Position numbers and translations under genes: made by a program
Notes under the pieces: generated by a model
Told to the model about the DNA's origin: nothing
Database searches by the model: none
Seen by the model: the letters and a program-made list of their open reading frames with translations, nothing else
Shown here: in pieces, positions 1 through 12,055 of the stretch
Position numbering within the stretch: position 1 is the first letter of the stretch
Layout of the letters: every line of letters starts with the position of its first letter
Source: Pseudomonadota bacterium
GTDB taxonomy: Bacteria; Myxococcota_A; UBA9042; GCA-2863065
Length of the DNA stretch: 64,000 nucleotides
Assembly (NCBI GenBank): GCA_947498315.1
Contig: CANMLD010000001.1
Span: forward strand, 38,781 to 102,780
Direction of reading: 5' to 3'

Positions 1-3849
<3,849 letters not shown>

Positions 3850-3859
3850 TCGGCACCCG

Positions 3860-3906
3860 CCCAGCGCGCTCCTGATGGGGCGCGCTGGGGCCCCACCTCT
3901 TTTCCC
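3860..3906 (+). terminator. Rho-independent terminator candidate after the OmpA-family gene
   Basis: A perfect 10 bp inverted repeat cccagcgcgc / gcgcgctggg (3860-3869 and 3880-3889) has a 10 nt loop and is followed by ccccacctcttttcccc. It lies 11 nt after the TAA stop. Confidence 0.5.
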
Positions 3907-4042
3907 CAAGACATCGGTACGGAAGTCGCGCAGAGGTCGAAGAGGGGGCCTCCTCCTCACGACTCGAGTCTGCTGGGGTCACCCTGCCTGGGCCCTCCCG
4001 CGGCTCTGCGCGACACCGTCGTCCGGCCTGCCAGAGCGGTTG

Positions 4043-5266
4043 CTAGCCGTGCCGAAGCCAGTTCGTCAGGTCGCCGCCAAAGCCTGAGCGCGCCCACTGC
4101 TCCTCGATACGCGACGAAATCGCGTCGCGGCGCTCCGAGCTCCATGTCGGTGTGAGCCCGTCGAGGACCCGCGTCGTCACGTCTTCAGCGCTGTGACGAC
4201 TATCTCGAATATTGCCGCGGCCGGTGAGCGCGTTCCCGAGCGCGTAGACTTTAGGATTGTCGCGCAGTCGACCCGTCTCCGGATCCTCGATGTCGAGGAG
4301 GTCGCCCCGCATCGGGACGCCTGGGAGCGACTCTGGGAGCGAGCCGATGGCGCTGATGATTCGGGACGCGCGAAGCTCTACCGGGGCGTCGCTGTCGCCT
4401 GCCCTTGAGAACCGAAGCCCGACGAGTCTATCGCGCTCGACGATGGGCCCGATGACCGAGAGCCCGGACTCGAAGGTAATGTTGAATCGATCGAGCACCT
4501 TGTCGATGATTCGGTTCCGGACGGCACGAGCTTTGGCGAGCTGTTCGTCGGTCGCGTTCGGCGGGAGCGGCGAGAGCGGCATGTCGCCCTTCTGCCGTCT
4601 ATAGATGAGACGAATGGTCGGCTGCGTGCCTACATCCCTGGCATGCGTTCCGGCGCCTTCTCGTTCGAGTTCGACGGCGCTCGAGTGGCGCCCGTGTCGC
4701 CGCGACGAGGCCTGCCAGGCTTGAATCCGAAGGATCTTCACGACGTCAATGGACGCCAGACCGCCACCCACGACGAGGCTGTCTCCGAGCGCGCCCACGG
4801 CCTCGTCGTCGTCAGAGGACTGATTGTAGTCTGCGACGAAGTCATTCTGCCGAATCAGCCCGCGCCGCACCCACTCGTCCGCCCCAGTAAAGAGCGGCCG
4901 ATCGCGCCACGCCCCGCTCGCGAGGAGCACGGCGTCGAAGCCCCACCCATGAACGAGCGCTGCGAGATCGACGTCGCGCCCCAGGCGAGTCGACGGCACG
5001 AACGACACCCCCGGCATTGCCAGATGGGCAGCAATCGTCGCCATCTCTTGCGCCCGGAGCTTCTCGTGCCACCGGGGCAGGCCATCTTCGATCTTCCCGA
5101 AAGGACGAAGGTTCTGCTCGAAGACGACCGGCCAAAAGCCCCGCTCGGCACAAACGGCCGCCGCCTCCGAGCCGGCAACGGCCCCACCGATGATCGCAAC
5201 GGCACCGCGCGCGTCGAGACGCGACTCACTCAGCCGTGACTGCCTTGCCCCATCGTGAATGTGCAT
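4043..5266 (-). CDS. FAD/NAD(P)-binding oxidoreductase of the pyridine-nucleotide-disulfide / GltD-small-subunit type
   Basis: There are two Rossmann dinucleotide-binding motifs, GAVAIIGGAVAGSEAA and DSLVVGGGLASIDVVK, plus an LRPFGKIEDGLPRWH segment resembling the GltD/FprA family. The tracked ORF runs to 5533, but its first 89 codons read through an intergenic repeat. The start was therefore placed at the internal ATG (MHIHDG...). Confidence 0.6.
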   Translation of the reverse strand: MHIHDGARQSRLSESRLDARGAVAIIGGAVAGSEAAAVCAERGFWPVVFEQNLRPFGKIEDGLPRWHEKLRAQEMATIAAHLAMPGVSFVPSTRLGRDVDLAALVHGWGFDAVLLASGAWRDRPLFTGADEWVRRGLIRQNDFVADYNQSSDDDEAVGALGDSLVVGGGLASIDVVKILRIQAWQASSRRHGRHSSAVELEREGAGTHARDVGTQPTIRLIYRRQKGDMPLSPLPPNATDEQLAKARAVRNRIIDKVLDRFNITFESGLSVIGPIVERDRLVGLRFSRAGDSDAPVELRASRIISAIGSLPESLPGVPMRGDLLDIEDPETGRLRDNPKVYALGNALTGRGNIRDSRHSAEDVTTRVLDGLTPTWSSERRDAISSRIEEQWARSGFGGDLTNWLRHG

Positions 5267-5417
5267 GTCGCCTCTACTCCAGCCGTGACGCTGGGTCTCC
5301 CCAGAGATGCAGGTGCCACGCAAGGATGCGCCACCTAGAGGGCTTCGCCAAGCCCCCGATTCACCCCTCAGAAATGTGAGTGGTGCGACCTCGAAAGGTC
5401 GCCCGTAGCTTGAGAGG

Positions 5418-5670
5418 GTCAGACAAAACTCCGATTGGCGTCCGCCGGCAATTTTCGAGCATCGAGTTGCTCTCGCTCCTAGAAGGGCTAGGAGCCCGTC
5501 TTCGTCGCTCAATCGCAGAGCTTTCAGCTTCACGAGCTCGGCGTGGTCGTCGCTGAGTTCGAAGGCCGCGGGATCGGCGGCGGCTGCTTCGAAGGCCTGA
5601 CTCGCTTTTGGACCTCGCCGGGCGTGCTCAGCCCCTACGTCTCGCCCTGCGAGGTCTGCCCGCTCTGAGC
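5418..5670. repeat. Dispersed repeat family, copy A (full length, two segments)
   Basis: Segment 1 (about 5418-5520) is about 95% identical over about 65 nt to 39791-39856, with weaker similarity extending to about 39900. Segment 2 (about 5521-5670) is about 93% identical to 8272-8422, with 10 mismatches in 150 nt. Copy A sits in the divergent intergenic region between the oxidoreductase and the membrane protein. Confidence 0.6.
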
Positions 5671-5676
5671 GCGGCT

Positions 5677-5728
5677 CGCCGTACCTCGCCCTTCACCTCG
5701 CTCGCCGTACCGCGCCCTTCACCTCGCT
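5677..5728. repeat. Tandem duplication, 2 x 26 bp
   Basis: ctcgccgtacctcgcccttcacctcg is followed by ctcgccgtaccgcgcccttcacctcg, immediately 3' of repeat copy A. Confidence 0.5.
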
Positions 5729-5838
5729 CATCCCTCTGCCGATCGGCGTCGTCCTTCGCGCGCTTCCCTTGGCCGAACCCGCACTTCTCGCGCCTATCTG
5801 GAGTATTTCGATCCGGCGAAGTCGGCTAGCATCTCCTC

Positions 5839-7971
5839 ATGAGCAACTCCAAGAGTACCGCCTCGCCGCCGGCCCCCATGTGGCATCTGATTGTGGTGGG
5901 CGCTCTCATCCTGTTCTGGGAGTTGGTATTCATCCGGTGGCTCAGCAGCTCGATCCGAGTGGTCAGCTATTACTCCAACTTCGTTCTGACTGCGGCGTTC
6001 TTCGGGCTGGGCCTAGGCTCCCTCGCCAGCCGCTTCGAGACGTTGCGGCTCGACCGCTACATCGGCCCTGCGCTTACACTCGGCGTGGCCATCGGTGCGG
6101 CGCTCACCGGCTATCACCACTTCAACCCGGGCGGGGACTCCGAGTACGTCTGGATCGGGGCACCGTTTGGGATCAATCTGTCGGTTAACGAGGAGAACGG
6201 CCAGATCGGCTTCTACCTCATCCTCGTAACCGTCTACCTCGTCACCACGGCGGCGTTCGCCATGCTCGGCTACCGGGCGGGACTCCTCTTCCGGCAGTAC
6301 TCCACCCTAGCTGCTTACAGCTACGAGATCTTCGGGAGCCTCTGCGGCCTCCTGCTATTTGGCGCCATGTCCTGGCTCCGTCTGTCGCCCGTCGCATGGG
6401 TGGCCGTGGGCTTCCTCCTGCTCCTACCCATCACCGAGCGGCGCCGCTTCGATCTTGTGGCGTTCGGCTTGTCGGCGGCGGTGGCGCTGCTGCTCGTTGC
6501 ACCCGTGTCCGGCATGTTTCGCTGGTCGCCGTACTACAAGATCTTCTCCGAGCCGGTCACCGAAGTGGTGGACAAGAGCCAGGAGACCGTCGCGCAGTTC
6601 GAGAGACCCATTGGCGTCGCCCTCTCGGTGAACAACGACTACCACCAGATGTTGCTCGACCTCCGCCCCCGCGCGGCAGAGCATCCGTTCCTCGCAGAGT
6701 GGCGCGAGCTTTACGATTTACCCTATCGGAAGTACTCGCAGCTTCCCGATGGCCCCGTCCTCATCGTCGGAGCGGGCACCGGAAACGACATCGCTGCGGC
6801 CCTGCGGAACACGTCGCGGCCTGTGACGGCGGTGGAGATCGATCCCGTCATCATCGAACTCGGGCGGGAGCTTCACTTCGAACAGCCCTACAAGAGCCCA
6901 CGCGTTACCATCGTCAATGACGACGCGCGCTCGTACTTCCAGCGGACGAATGATCGCTACGCTGCCGTCGTGTTCGGGTTCCTCGACAGCCACACCCTGC
7001 TCTCGTCTTTCTCGTCGCTACGCCTCGATAACTTCGTCTACACGAAGGAGTCCCTCGCACGAGTCAAGGATCTGCTCCTGCCCGGCGGGCGCGTGTTTCT
7101 CACGTTCGCCGTAAATCGTTCCTGGATCAACGACCGGCTAGTCCGGATGCTGCGAGAGGTCTTCGACCAGCCGCCGGAGATGTTGGCCACAACGGGCCAG
7201 CTCTATGCCAACGGCGTGGTCTACACCACGTGCCGCCCCTTCGAAGGCGAGACCACGTGCAAGGATGCCGTCGCCACGGCGCTCGCCATTACAGGCGACG
7301 AGACGATTGAGGCTGCCACGGACGACTGGCCGTTCCTTTACCTCAAAGACCGCAGTATTCCCGGGCACTATCAGGCGTTCATCCTCACGATTGTTCTCCT
7401 CGGTGTGCTCGCGCTCCTGCTGCTTCCCAGGGGACAGCGCCAGCTCAAGCTGCCCTACCTCTTCATGGGCGCCGCGTTCTTCCTGCTGGAGGCCAGCAAC
7501 GTCGTGGCCTTGTCTCTCATGTTCGGCTCCACGTGGACCGTCAACGTCCTCGTGTTCGGCGGGATCCTGCTTCTCGTACTCCTCGCCAACCTCGCGTCGG
7601 GGACCGCACTACGCCGGCTGCCTCGCCTCGTGCTCTTTTTGCTGCTGCTCGGCAACTTGTTGGCCGCGTGGTTGATCCCCTCGTCGGCCCTGCTGGCGAT
7701 CCAGCCAGTGGCGCTCCAGTACGTCTTTGCCGTCGCGGTCTTCCTCGGCCCGATCTTCTTTTCATCGCTCATCTTCGCCAGCCTCATCGACAAGGAGCCC
7801 AACCTCCATCAGGCCTACGGTTCCAACCTTCTGGGGGCGCTGCTCGGGGCCGGCTGTGAGTACGTCTCGCTTCTACTGGGCTTCAAGACCCTCTTGCTCG
7901 TGCCTATGTTCCTCTATGCGCTCACCTTGTTGCTGCTCGTGCTGGAGCGGCGGACTCGGGGGCTTGCGTGA
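5839..7971 (+). CDS. Polytopic membrane protein with an embedded spermidine-synthase-like (class I SAM methyltransferase fold) domain
   Basis: The ORF is 710 aa with multiple hydrophobic helices at both ends. The central domain LPDGPVLIVGAGTGNDIAAAL...VTAVEIDPVIIELGRE...VTIVNDDARSYF...YAAVVFGFLDS matches the SpeE-like fold. Confidence 0.75.
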   Translation: MSNSKSTASPPAPMWHLIVVGALILFWELVFIRWLSSSIRVVSYYSNFVLTAAFFGLGLGSLASRFETLRLDRYIGPALTLGVAIGAALTGYHHFNPGGDSEYVWIGAPFGINLSVNEENGQIGFYLILVTVYLVTTAAFAMLGYRAGLLFRQYSTLAAYSYEIFGSLCGLLLFGAMSWLRLSPVAWVAVGFLLLLPITERRRFDLVAFGLSAAVALLLVAPVSGMFRWSPYYKIFSEPVTEVVDKSQETVAQFERPIGVALSVNNDYHQMLLDLRPRAAEHPFLAEWRELYDLPYRKYSQLPDGPVLIVGAGTGNDIAAALRNTSRPVTAVEIDPVIIELGRELHFEQPYKSPRVTIVNDDARSYFQRTNDRYAAVVFGFLDSHTLLSSFSSLRLDNFVYTKESLARVKDLLLPGGRVFLTFAVNRSWINDRLVRMLREVFDQPPEMLATTGQLYANGVVYTTCRPFEGETTCKDAVATALAITGDETIEAATDDWPFLYLKDRSIPGHYQAFILTIVLLGVLALLLLPRGQRQLKLPYLFMGAAFFLLEASNVVALSLMFGSTWTVNVLVFGGILLLVLLANLASGTALRRLPRLVLFLLLLGNLLAAWLIPSSALLAIQPVALQYVFAVAVFLGPIFFSSLIFASLIDKEPNLHQAYGSNLLGALLGAGCEYVSLLLGFKTLLLVPMFLYALTLLLLVLERRTRGLA

Positions 7972-7999
7972 GCGCACACAGACCCTTTCGCCTGGACTG

Positions 8000-8422
8000 A
8001 TGGTCCTAAAGTTCGGCTATCGCTCGCTCCGGTCGGCAGCACCGGCGGTCGATTGTGCGCGTGAGTCCCCGAGCGTCTTTGCGCGCGCCGCCTACGAGAA
8101 CCGCCACTGCACGGGCACGGGCCTCCCGTCCTTCTTCGAGTGTTCGCTCTTCCCGAGCTCGAGCACGAGCCACGAGTCCTTCTTCCTCACGGGTGGCGCT
8201 GTCAGCTTCGGCCCGGACCTCGACGGTCAAGGCCACGGCGGCGCCTGGCAGCAGAACAGAAAGGATTCGCTGAGCTTTCAGATTCACGAGCTCGTCGTGG
8301 TCGTCGCTGAGTTCGAAGGCCGCGGGATCGGCGGCGGGTGCTTCGAGGGCGTGACGCGCTTTTGGACCTCGCCCGGCGTCCTCAGCCCCTACGTCTCGCC
8401 CTACGAGGTTTGCCCGCTCTGA
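8000..8422 (+). CDS. Hypothetical small protein of about 140 aa whose C-terminal about 50 aa are encoded by repeat segment 2
   Basis: An internal ATG (MVLKFGYRS...) lies within tracked ORF 7727..8422. GC3 is high in this frame, and the protein ends ...AEFEGRGIGGGCFEGVTRFWTSPGVLSPYVSPYEVCPL*. Copy A of the repeat conserves the same reading frame and the stop. Sequence divergence is enriched at third codon positions. Confidence 0.3.
   Translation: MVLKFGYRSLRSAAPAVDCARESPSVFARAAYENRHCTGTGLPSFFECSLFPSSSTSHESFFLTGGAVSFGPDLDGQGHGGAWQQNRKDSLSFQIHELVVVVAEFEGRGIGGGCFEGVTRFWTSPGVLSPYVSPYEVCPL
8263..8422. repeat. Dispersed repeat family, copy B (segment 2 only)
   Basis: It is about 93% identical to 5521-5670, including the terminal ...tgcccgctctga. 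Confidence 0.55.
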
Positions 8423-8608
8423 TCCCGTCGTTCCACCTCGCCTTAAAGGCACGCTGCCGCTCCTAGAGCGTCTTTCATGTCCTCAACAGCTTCGCGAGTG
8501 GCACAACGCTCCCTTGTTCAGCCGCCGTGGTTTCGTTACCATCCCCTGCGTGCTGCGGAATTAGACGCAGCGGGGCCTTCACGACGCGGGCAAACCTGGA
8601 GGTAGACA

Positions 8609-9943
8609 ATGCAGGATCCAGTCATTCGTGAACATGGGGAGTCTCTGCGGCTGACTGAGCCCGTCTCGTCTCCCGAAAGCGCGGCCCCTCGCGAGCTCAA
8701 GTCCATGGGCTACGACGCCGGCGCTCAACGAGTTCGGCCGAATCGAACGGACCGGAGTGGTCTCTTTGGTGGCCTCGTAGTAGCGCAGTTGGCGCAGCAG
8801 CTGGGGATCGAAGGGGGCGAGACTGCCGTACACTTTGGGAGCGGCGGGCCTGCGGGGACTCGGGCAGAGGGCGCGGTAGAAGGTGGCGAAGTCCACCTGT
8901 CCGTTGGCCCGGAGGCCATGTTCACCCGAGCCGGTCGGCAGCTCGCGGCCCATGAACTGGCTCACATCGCTCAGCCGATTACCAACTCGGAAGGCACGGG
9001 CCGGGCTGACCGCACCCAGGCTGCGGAGGCGGACGCTGACCGAGCCGCCGACGCTGTCGTGGAAGGTCGCACCGCAGAACCGTCCACGAGCCGGGGGCCC
9101 GAAGCGCACTTCAAGGTGGCCCAGAAACCCTCACCGCTGTCCGACGCTGCGGTCAATCAGGCGGTGTCCTGGTATGCGAAGTCGGGGTATTCCGCCGGTC
9201 GGCTCAGGCAGATCCGACGAAAGGTGGGGGCGGCGCCTGACGGCAACATCGGCCCTGTAACGGTGCGTGCCATCGCGGCTTGGCAGGGGGCGCACGGCCT
9301 CGCTGCCGACGGCGTTGTCGGCCCCCTGACGTTGGCCGTGATGTTCCCGAAGGTCGCCCAGAAGACGCCCAAGAAGGGCCCCGCGAAGAAGCCGCCGCCC
9401 GGTCCGGCCGCTGTCCCTCCGACCGCCGGGAGCACTATCGAAGAGAAGATGGCTTGGTGGGACACGCACGCTCCCAAGGCCGACTACCGAAAAGTCAACT
9501 TCCGAGGCGTGCGCATGAACCGGCGTACCGTGGCGCTCATTCGGCGCGCCGAGTCCGTCATGGTGGACCACTTCGACCACCGGAAGTTCCAGTTCTCGTT
9601 AACACAGGGCAGCTACAACACGGGCGTGGGGCTCAGTGCGGGCACTCACGACGGTGGTGGCGCCCTCGACATTCGGGTGGGCGGCTACTCGAAAACGGTC
9701 GTGGACGACATGGTCCGATCGCTGCGAATCGCCGGCTTTGCGGCCTGGAGCCGCGGCCGTGGCTATGACACGTTCGATCCCCACATCCACGGGATCGCCA
9801 TTGGCGACAAAGAGGCGAGCGGCGGGGCGAAGAGCCAGGTCGTCGCTTACGGCAACGGCAGAAACGGTCTCTCTGGCAACGCCGTTGACGCGGACGAGAA
9901 GCTGAAGGCCAAGAGCCCGACCTGGGCGAAGAAGCACCTGTAA
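8609..9943 (+). CDS. DUF4157 (HExxH zincin-like) N-terminal domain protein fused to a peptidoglycan-binding domain and a C-terminal LAS/M15-like zinc-peptidase domain
   Basis: GGAGG lies 7 nt upstream of the ATG. The N-terminal region ...AVHFGSGG...GGEVHLSVGPEAMFTRAGRQLAAHELAHIAQ matches the DUF4157 consensus (VRVHtd...GrrLLAHELtHVvQ). The central repeat GNIGPVTVRAIAAWQGAHGLAADGVVGPLTLAVMF is PG_binding_1-like. The C-terminal motifs SAGTHDGGGALDI (SxHxxGxAxD) and DPHIHGIA resemble the M15/VanY family. No signal peptide is present. Confidence 0.8.
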   Translation: MQDPVIREHGESLRLTEPVSSPESAAPRELKSMGYDAGAQRVRPNRTDRSGLFGGLVVAQLAQQLGIEGGETAVHFGSGGPAGTRAEGAVEGGEVHLSVGPEAMFTRAGRQLAAHELAHIAQPITNSEGTGRADRTQAAEADADRAADAVVEGRTAEPSTSRGPEAHFKVAQKPSPLSDAAVNQAVSWYAKSGYSAGRLRQIRRKVGAAPDGNIGPVTVRAIAAWQGAHGLAADGVVGPLTLAVMFPKVAQKTPKKGPAKKPPPGPAAVPPTAGSTIEEKMAWWDTHAPKADYRKVNFRGVRMNRRTVALIRRAESVMVDHFDHRKFQFSLTQGSYNTGVGLSAGTHDGGGALDIRVGGYSKTVVDDMVRSLRIAGFAAWSRGRGYDTFDPHIHGIAIGDKEASGGAKSQVVAYGNGRNGLSGNAVDADEKLKAKSPTWAKKHL

Positions 9944-9990
9944 TCGTCCGGTGACACGGCGACCCCCAACACGCAGGTGGTGAGTGGCTG

Positions 9991-10250
9991 CTAAGCGTCG
10001 ATCAAGCCGAAATGCCTCGACAGGAACGCCTCCACGAAGGGCACGACCACCTCCGGATACTCGATAAATAAATAATGATTCCCTCGTGGCACTTTCAGGA
10101 TCTGGGTCCGAGGTGCGTGACGAAGCACGGTCTCTGTGACCGCACGCGGCGTCATGAGATCTCGCTCTCCCGTGATCAATGACTCACCCCGAAGCGGCAG
10201 ACGAACCCGACGCTGTGGCCGCTCCCACGGCCAAAGGGGCCGGCGCTGCG
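9991..10250 (-). pseudogene. Alpha/beta-hydrolase C-terminal remnant
   Basis: ...LPLRGESLITGERDLMTPRAVTE...VPRGNHYLFIEYPEVVVPFVEAFL matches the conserved C-terminal end of alpha/beta-fold hydrolases (PvLviGeDD...p...GH...E.Pe...fL). No N-terminal catalytic part exists upstream, because a plus-strand gene occupies that region. Confidence 0.35.
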
Positions 10251-10403
10251 ACTACGCCTCGCGAGTCACCTGAGCTTGGTTTCACGCCGTTTCGCGGCAC
10301 GACGAGGACCGCTGTGCCGAGCCACGGCATCTCGTTGGCTCGACTGCCCCCAGCCGCCGCCTTCCTTCGTGACAGAAACGTTCTGGTGGGGCACGTTCGG
10401 CCT

Positions 10404-11132
10404 GTGAGACGGCCCCACTTTCAGTCCATTCGAGCCGCCGTCGCTTTGACGGCGCTGGCATGCGGCTCACCCCTCGAAGCGGACCTCTCCAACACGTCCG
10501 CGTGTGGCTCCCTCGGTCGCGCACTCCTCGAGGTTTGTGGCGGCGAGCTGGCCGACGCGACCGACCCGCTCTTTCAGTACTTGAACTGCAACATCCTCCC
10601 GGGCTGCCCGAGGGGGCAGGTCGAGACCTCGGACATCGACGACTGCGCGGCCCGAATTCGCGCTCAACGAGACGATGACGCAGGCAAACCACTCATCCTG
10701 GCTTGCCGAGACGCCCTCGCCGTCGAATGCACCATCGCGCGCGCGGACTGCGGCGACAACGAAGAGCCGCCCGACGGCGCTCTCGTCGGCTTTTGGCGCG
10801 CGTGCGAACGTATCCGCGCGACGCTGGGCGACGACTGCCTGCTCGGCGAGGCCCAGGTGACCAGTATCGCCGACACGGCAGCGGGCGATGCCGACCGGGC
10901 TGCATCACTCACGACCGAAGCCGCATGGGCTGCGTGTTCCACGCTTCTCCGCTGCGATCGCGCTGGTGCGTTCTCCGACTCGGATCTGGTCCTCGCGCTG
11001 ACCGCGTCATCGGGACTCGATTGCGAGGTTGCCAAGACGCAGCTTTTGGCCGCCGACGTCGACCGCGGATTTTGCGCCCCCTTTGAGAGCAGCACGTCGT
11101 CGACGACCCTGGCCCTCCGGAGCGCGCCGTGA
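10404..11132 (+). CDS. Cysteine-rich secreted protein or lipoprotein
   Basis: A GTG start gives MRRPHFQSIRAAVALTALACGS..., a signal peptide with a lipobox-like LAC. The mature part has about 14 Cys. The stop overlaps the start of the downstream ABC ATPase (GTGA). The tracked ORF starts further upstream at 10179 without signal-peptide features. Confidence 0.55.
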   Translation: MRRPHFQSIRAAVALTALACGSPLEADLSNTSACGSLGRALLEVCGGELADATDPLFQYLNCNILPGCPRGQVETSDIDDCAARIRAQRDDDAGKPLILACRDALAVECTIARADCGDNEEPPDGALVGFWRACERIRATLGDDCLLGEAQVTSIADTAAGDADRAASLTTEAAWAACSTLLRCDRAGAFSDSDLVLALTASSGLDCEVAKTQLLAADVDRGFCAPFESSTSSTTLALRSAP

Positions 11133-12055
11133 GCGACGTCGTCTTCGAGACCAAAGACATCACCTTCTCCTACGGGGGCCGACCTGCGCTCACGGCGCTC
11201 ACGACGGCGGTCTCGCCAGGGACCATCGGGCTCCTCGGGCCGAACGGTGCCGGCAAGACCACCTACATCCGCACCCTCCTCGGGCTCACGAACCCGCAAT
11301 CAGGCTCGGCCACCGTCCTCGGTTTCGACGCTCGCCGCGACGCGCCACTCATCCGTCAGCGCGTTGGCTACATGCCCGAAAACGAGTGTTACTTCGCCGA
11401 CCAGTCGGGGCTTGAAGCGGTCATCTACGCCGCTCGCCTCTCAGGGCTGCCCCGCAACGCCGCGATCCAGCGCGCCCACGAGATGCTCGACTTCGCCGGT
11501 ATCGACGAGGCCCGTTACCGCGGCACCCAGGGCTACTCGACCGGTATGAAGCAGCGCGTAAAGCTGGCTCAGGCGCTCGTCCACGGCCCCGAGCTGCTCT
11601 TCCTCGACGAGCCGACCAACGGCCTCGATCCGAAGGGCCGCGACGACATGCTCGACCTGATCGCCGGCCTTGGTGCCGCGTCGGTCTCCGTCGTGCTCAG
11701 TACTCACATTCTCAATGATGTCGAGCGAGTATGCTCCGATGTCCTCCTGCTCGCGGGTGGCCAGCTCAAGCACTATGGTCCACTGAGTGCCTTCACCGCA
11801 GGTGCATCCGGCGAGTGGATCGTCCACGTCAAGGAGGGCAGGGGCCTGCTGATGGACTCGCTCACCCGTGCCGGGCTCGTCCCTTTCGGCGCCGAACCTG
11901 ACGCGCCCTTGCAGTTCCGGCTGCGGCTCGAGGCCCAGCAGGTCCTCACTTTCTGGCAGGTCGTCACGACCACCGGCGTTCAGGTCCGTGAGTTCGCCCC
12001 AGAGCAGCTCTCACTCGAGACCGCCTTGATGCGCTTTCTTGGAGCGGCCGCATGA
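11129..12055 (+). CDS. ABC transporter ATP-binding protein
   Basis: Walker A is LLGPNGAGKTT, the signature-like motif is YSTGMKQRVKLAQAL and Walker B is LLFLDEPTNGLD. Confidence 0.9.
   Translation: MSDVVFETKDITFSYGGRPALTALTTAVSPGTIGLLGPNGAGKTTYIRTLLGLTNPQSGSATVLGFDARRDAPLIRQRVGYMPENECYFADQSGLEAVIYAARLSGLPRNAAIQRAHEMLDFAGIDEARYRGTQGYSTGMKQRVKLAQALVHGPELLFLDEPTNGLDPKGRDDMLDLIAGLGAASVSVVLSTHILNDVERVCSDVLLLAGGQLKHYGPLSAFTAGASGEWIVHVKEGRGLLMDSLTRAGLVPFGAEPDAPLQFRLRLEAQQVLTFWQVVTTTGVQVREFAPEQLSLETALMRFLGAAA

Noticed and set aside
5267-5533. N-terminal 89-codon extension of the oxidoreductase tracked ORF
   Set aside because: It reads antisense through repeat copy A, and the Rossmann motif begins right after the internal ATG.
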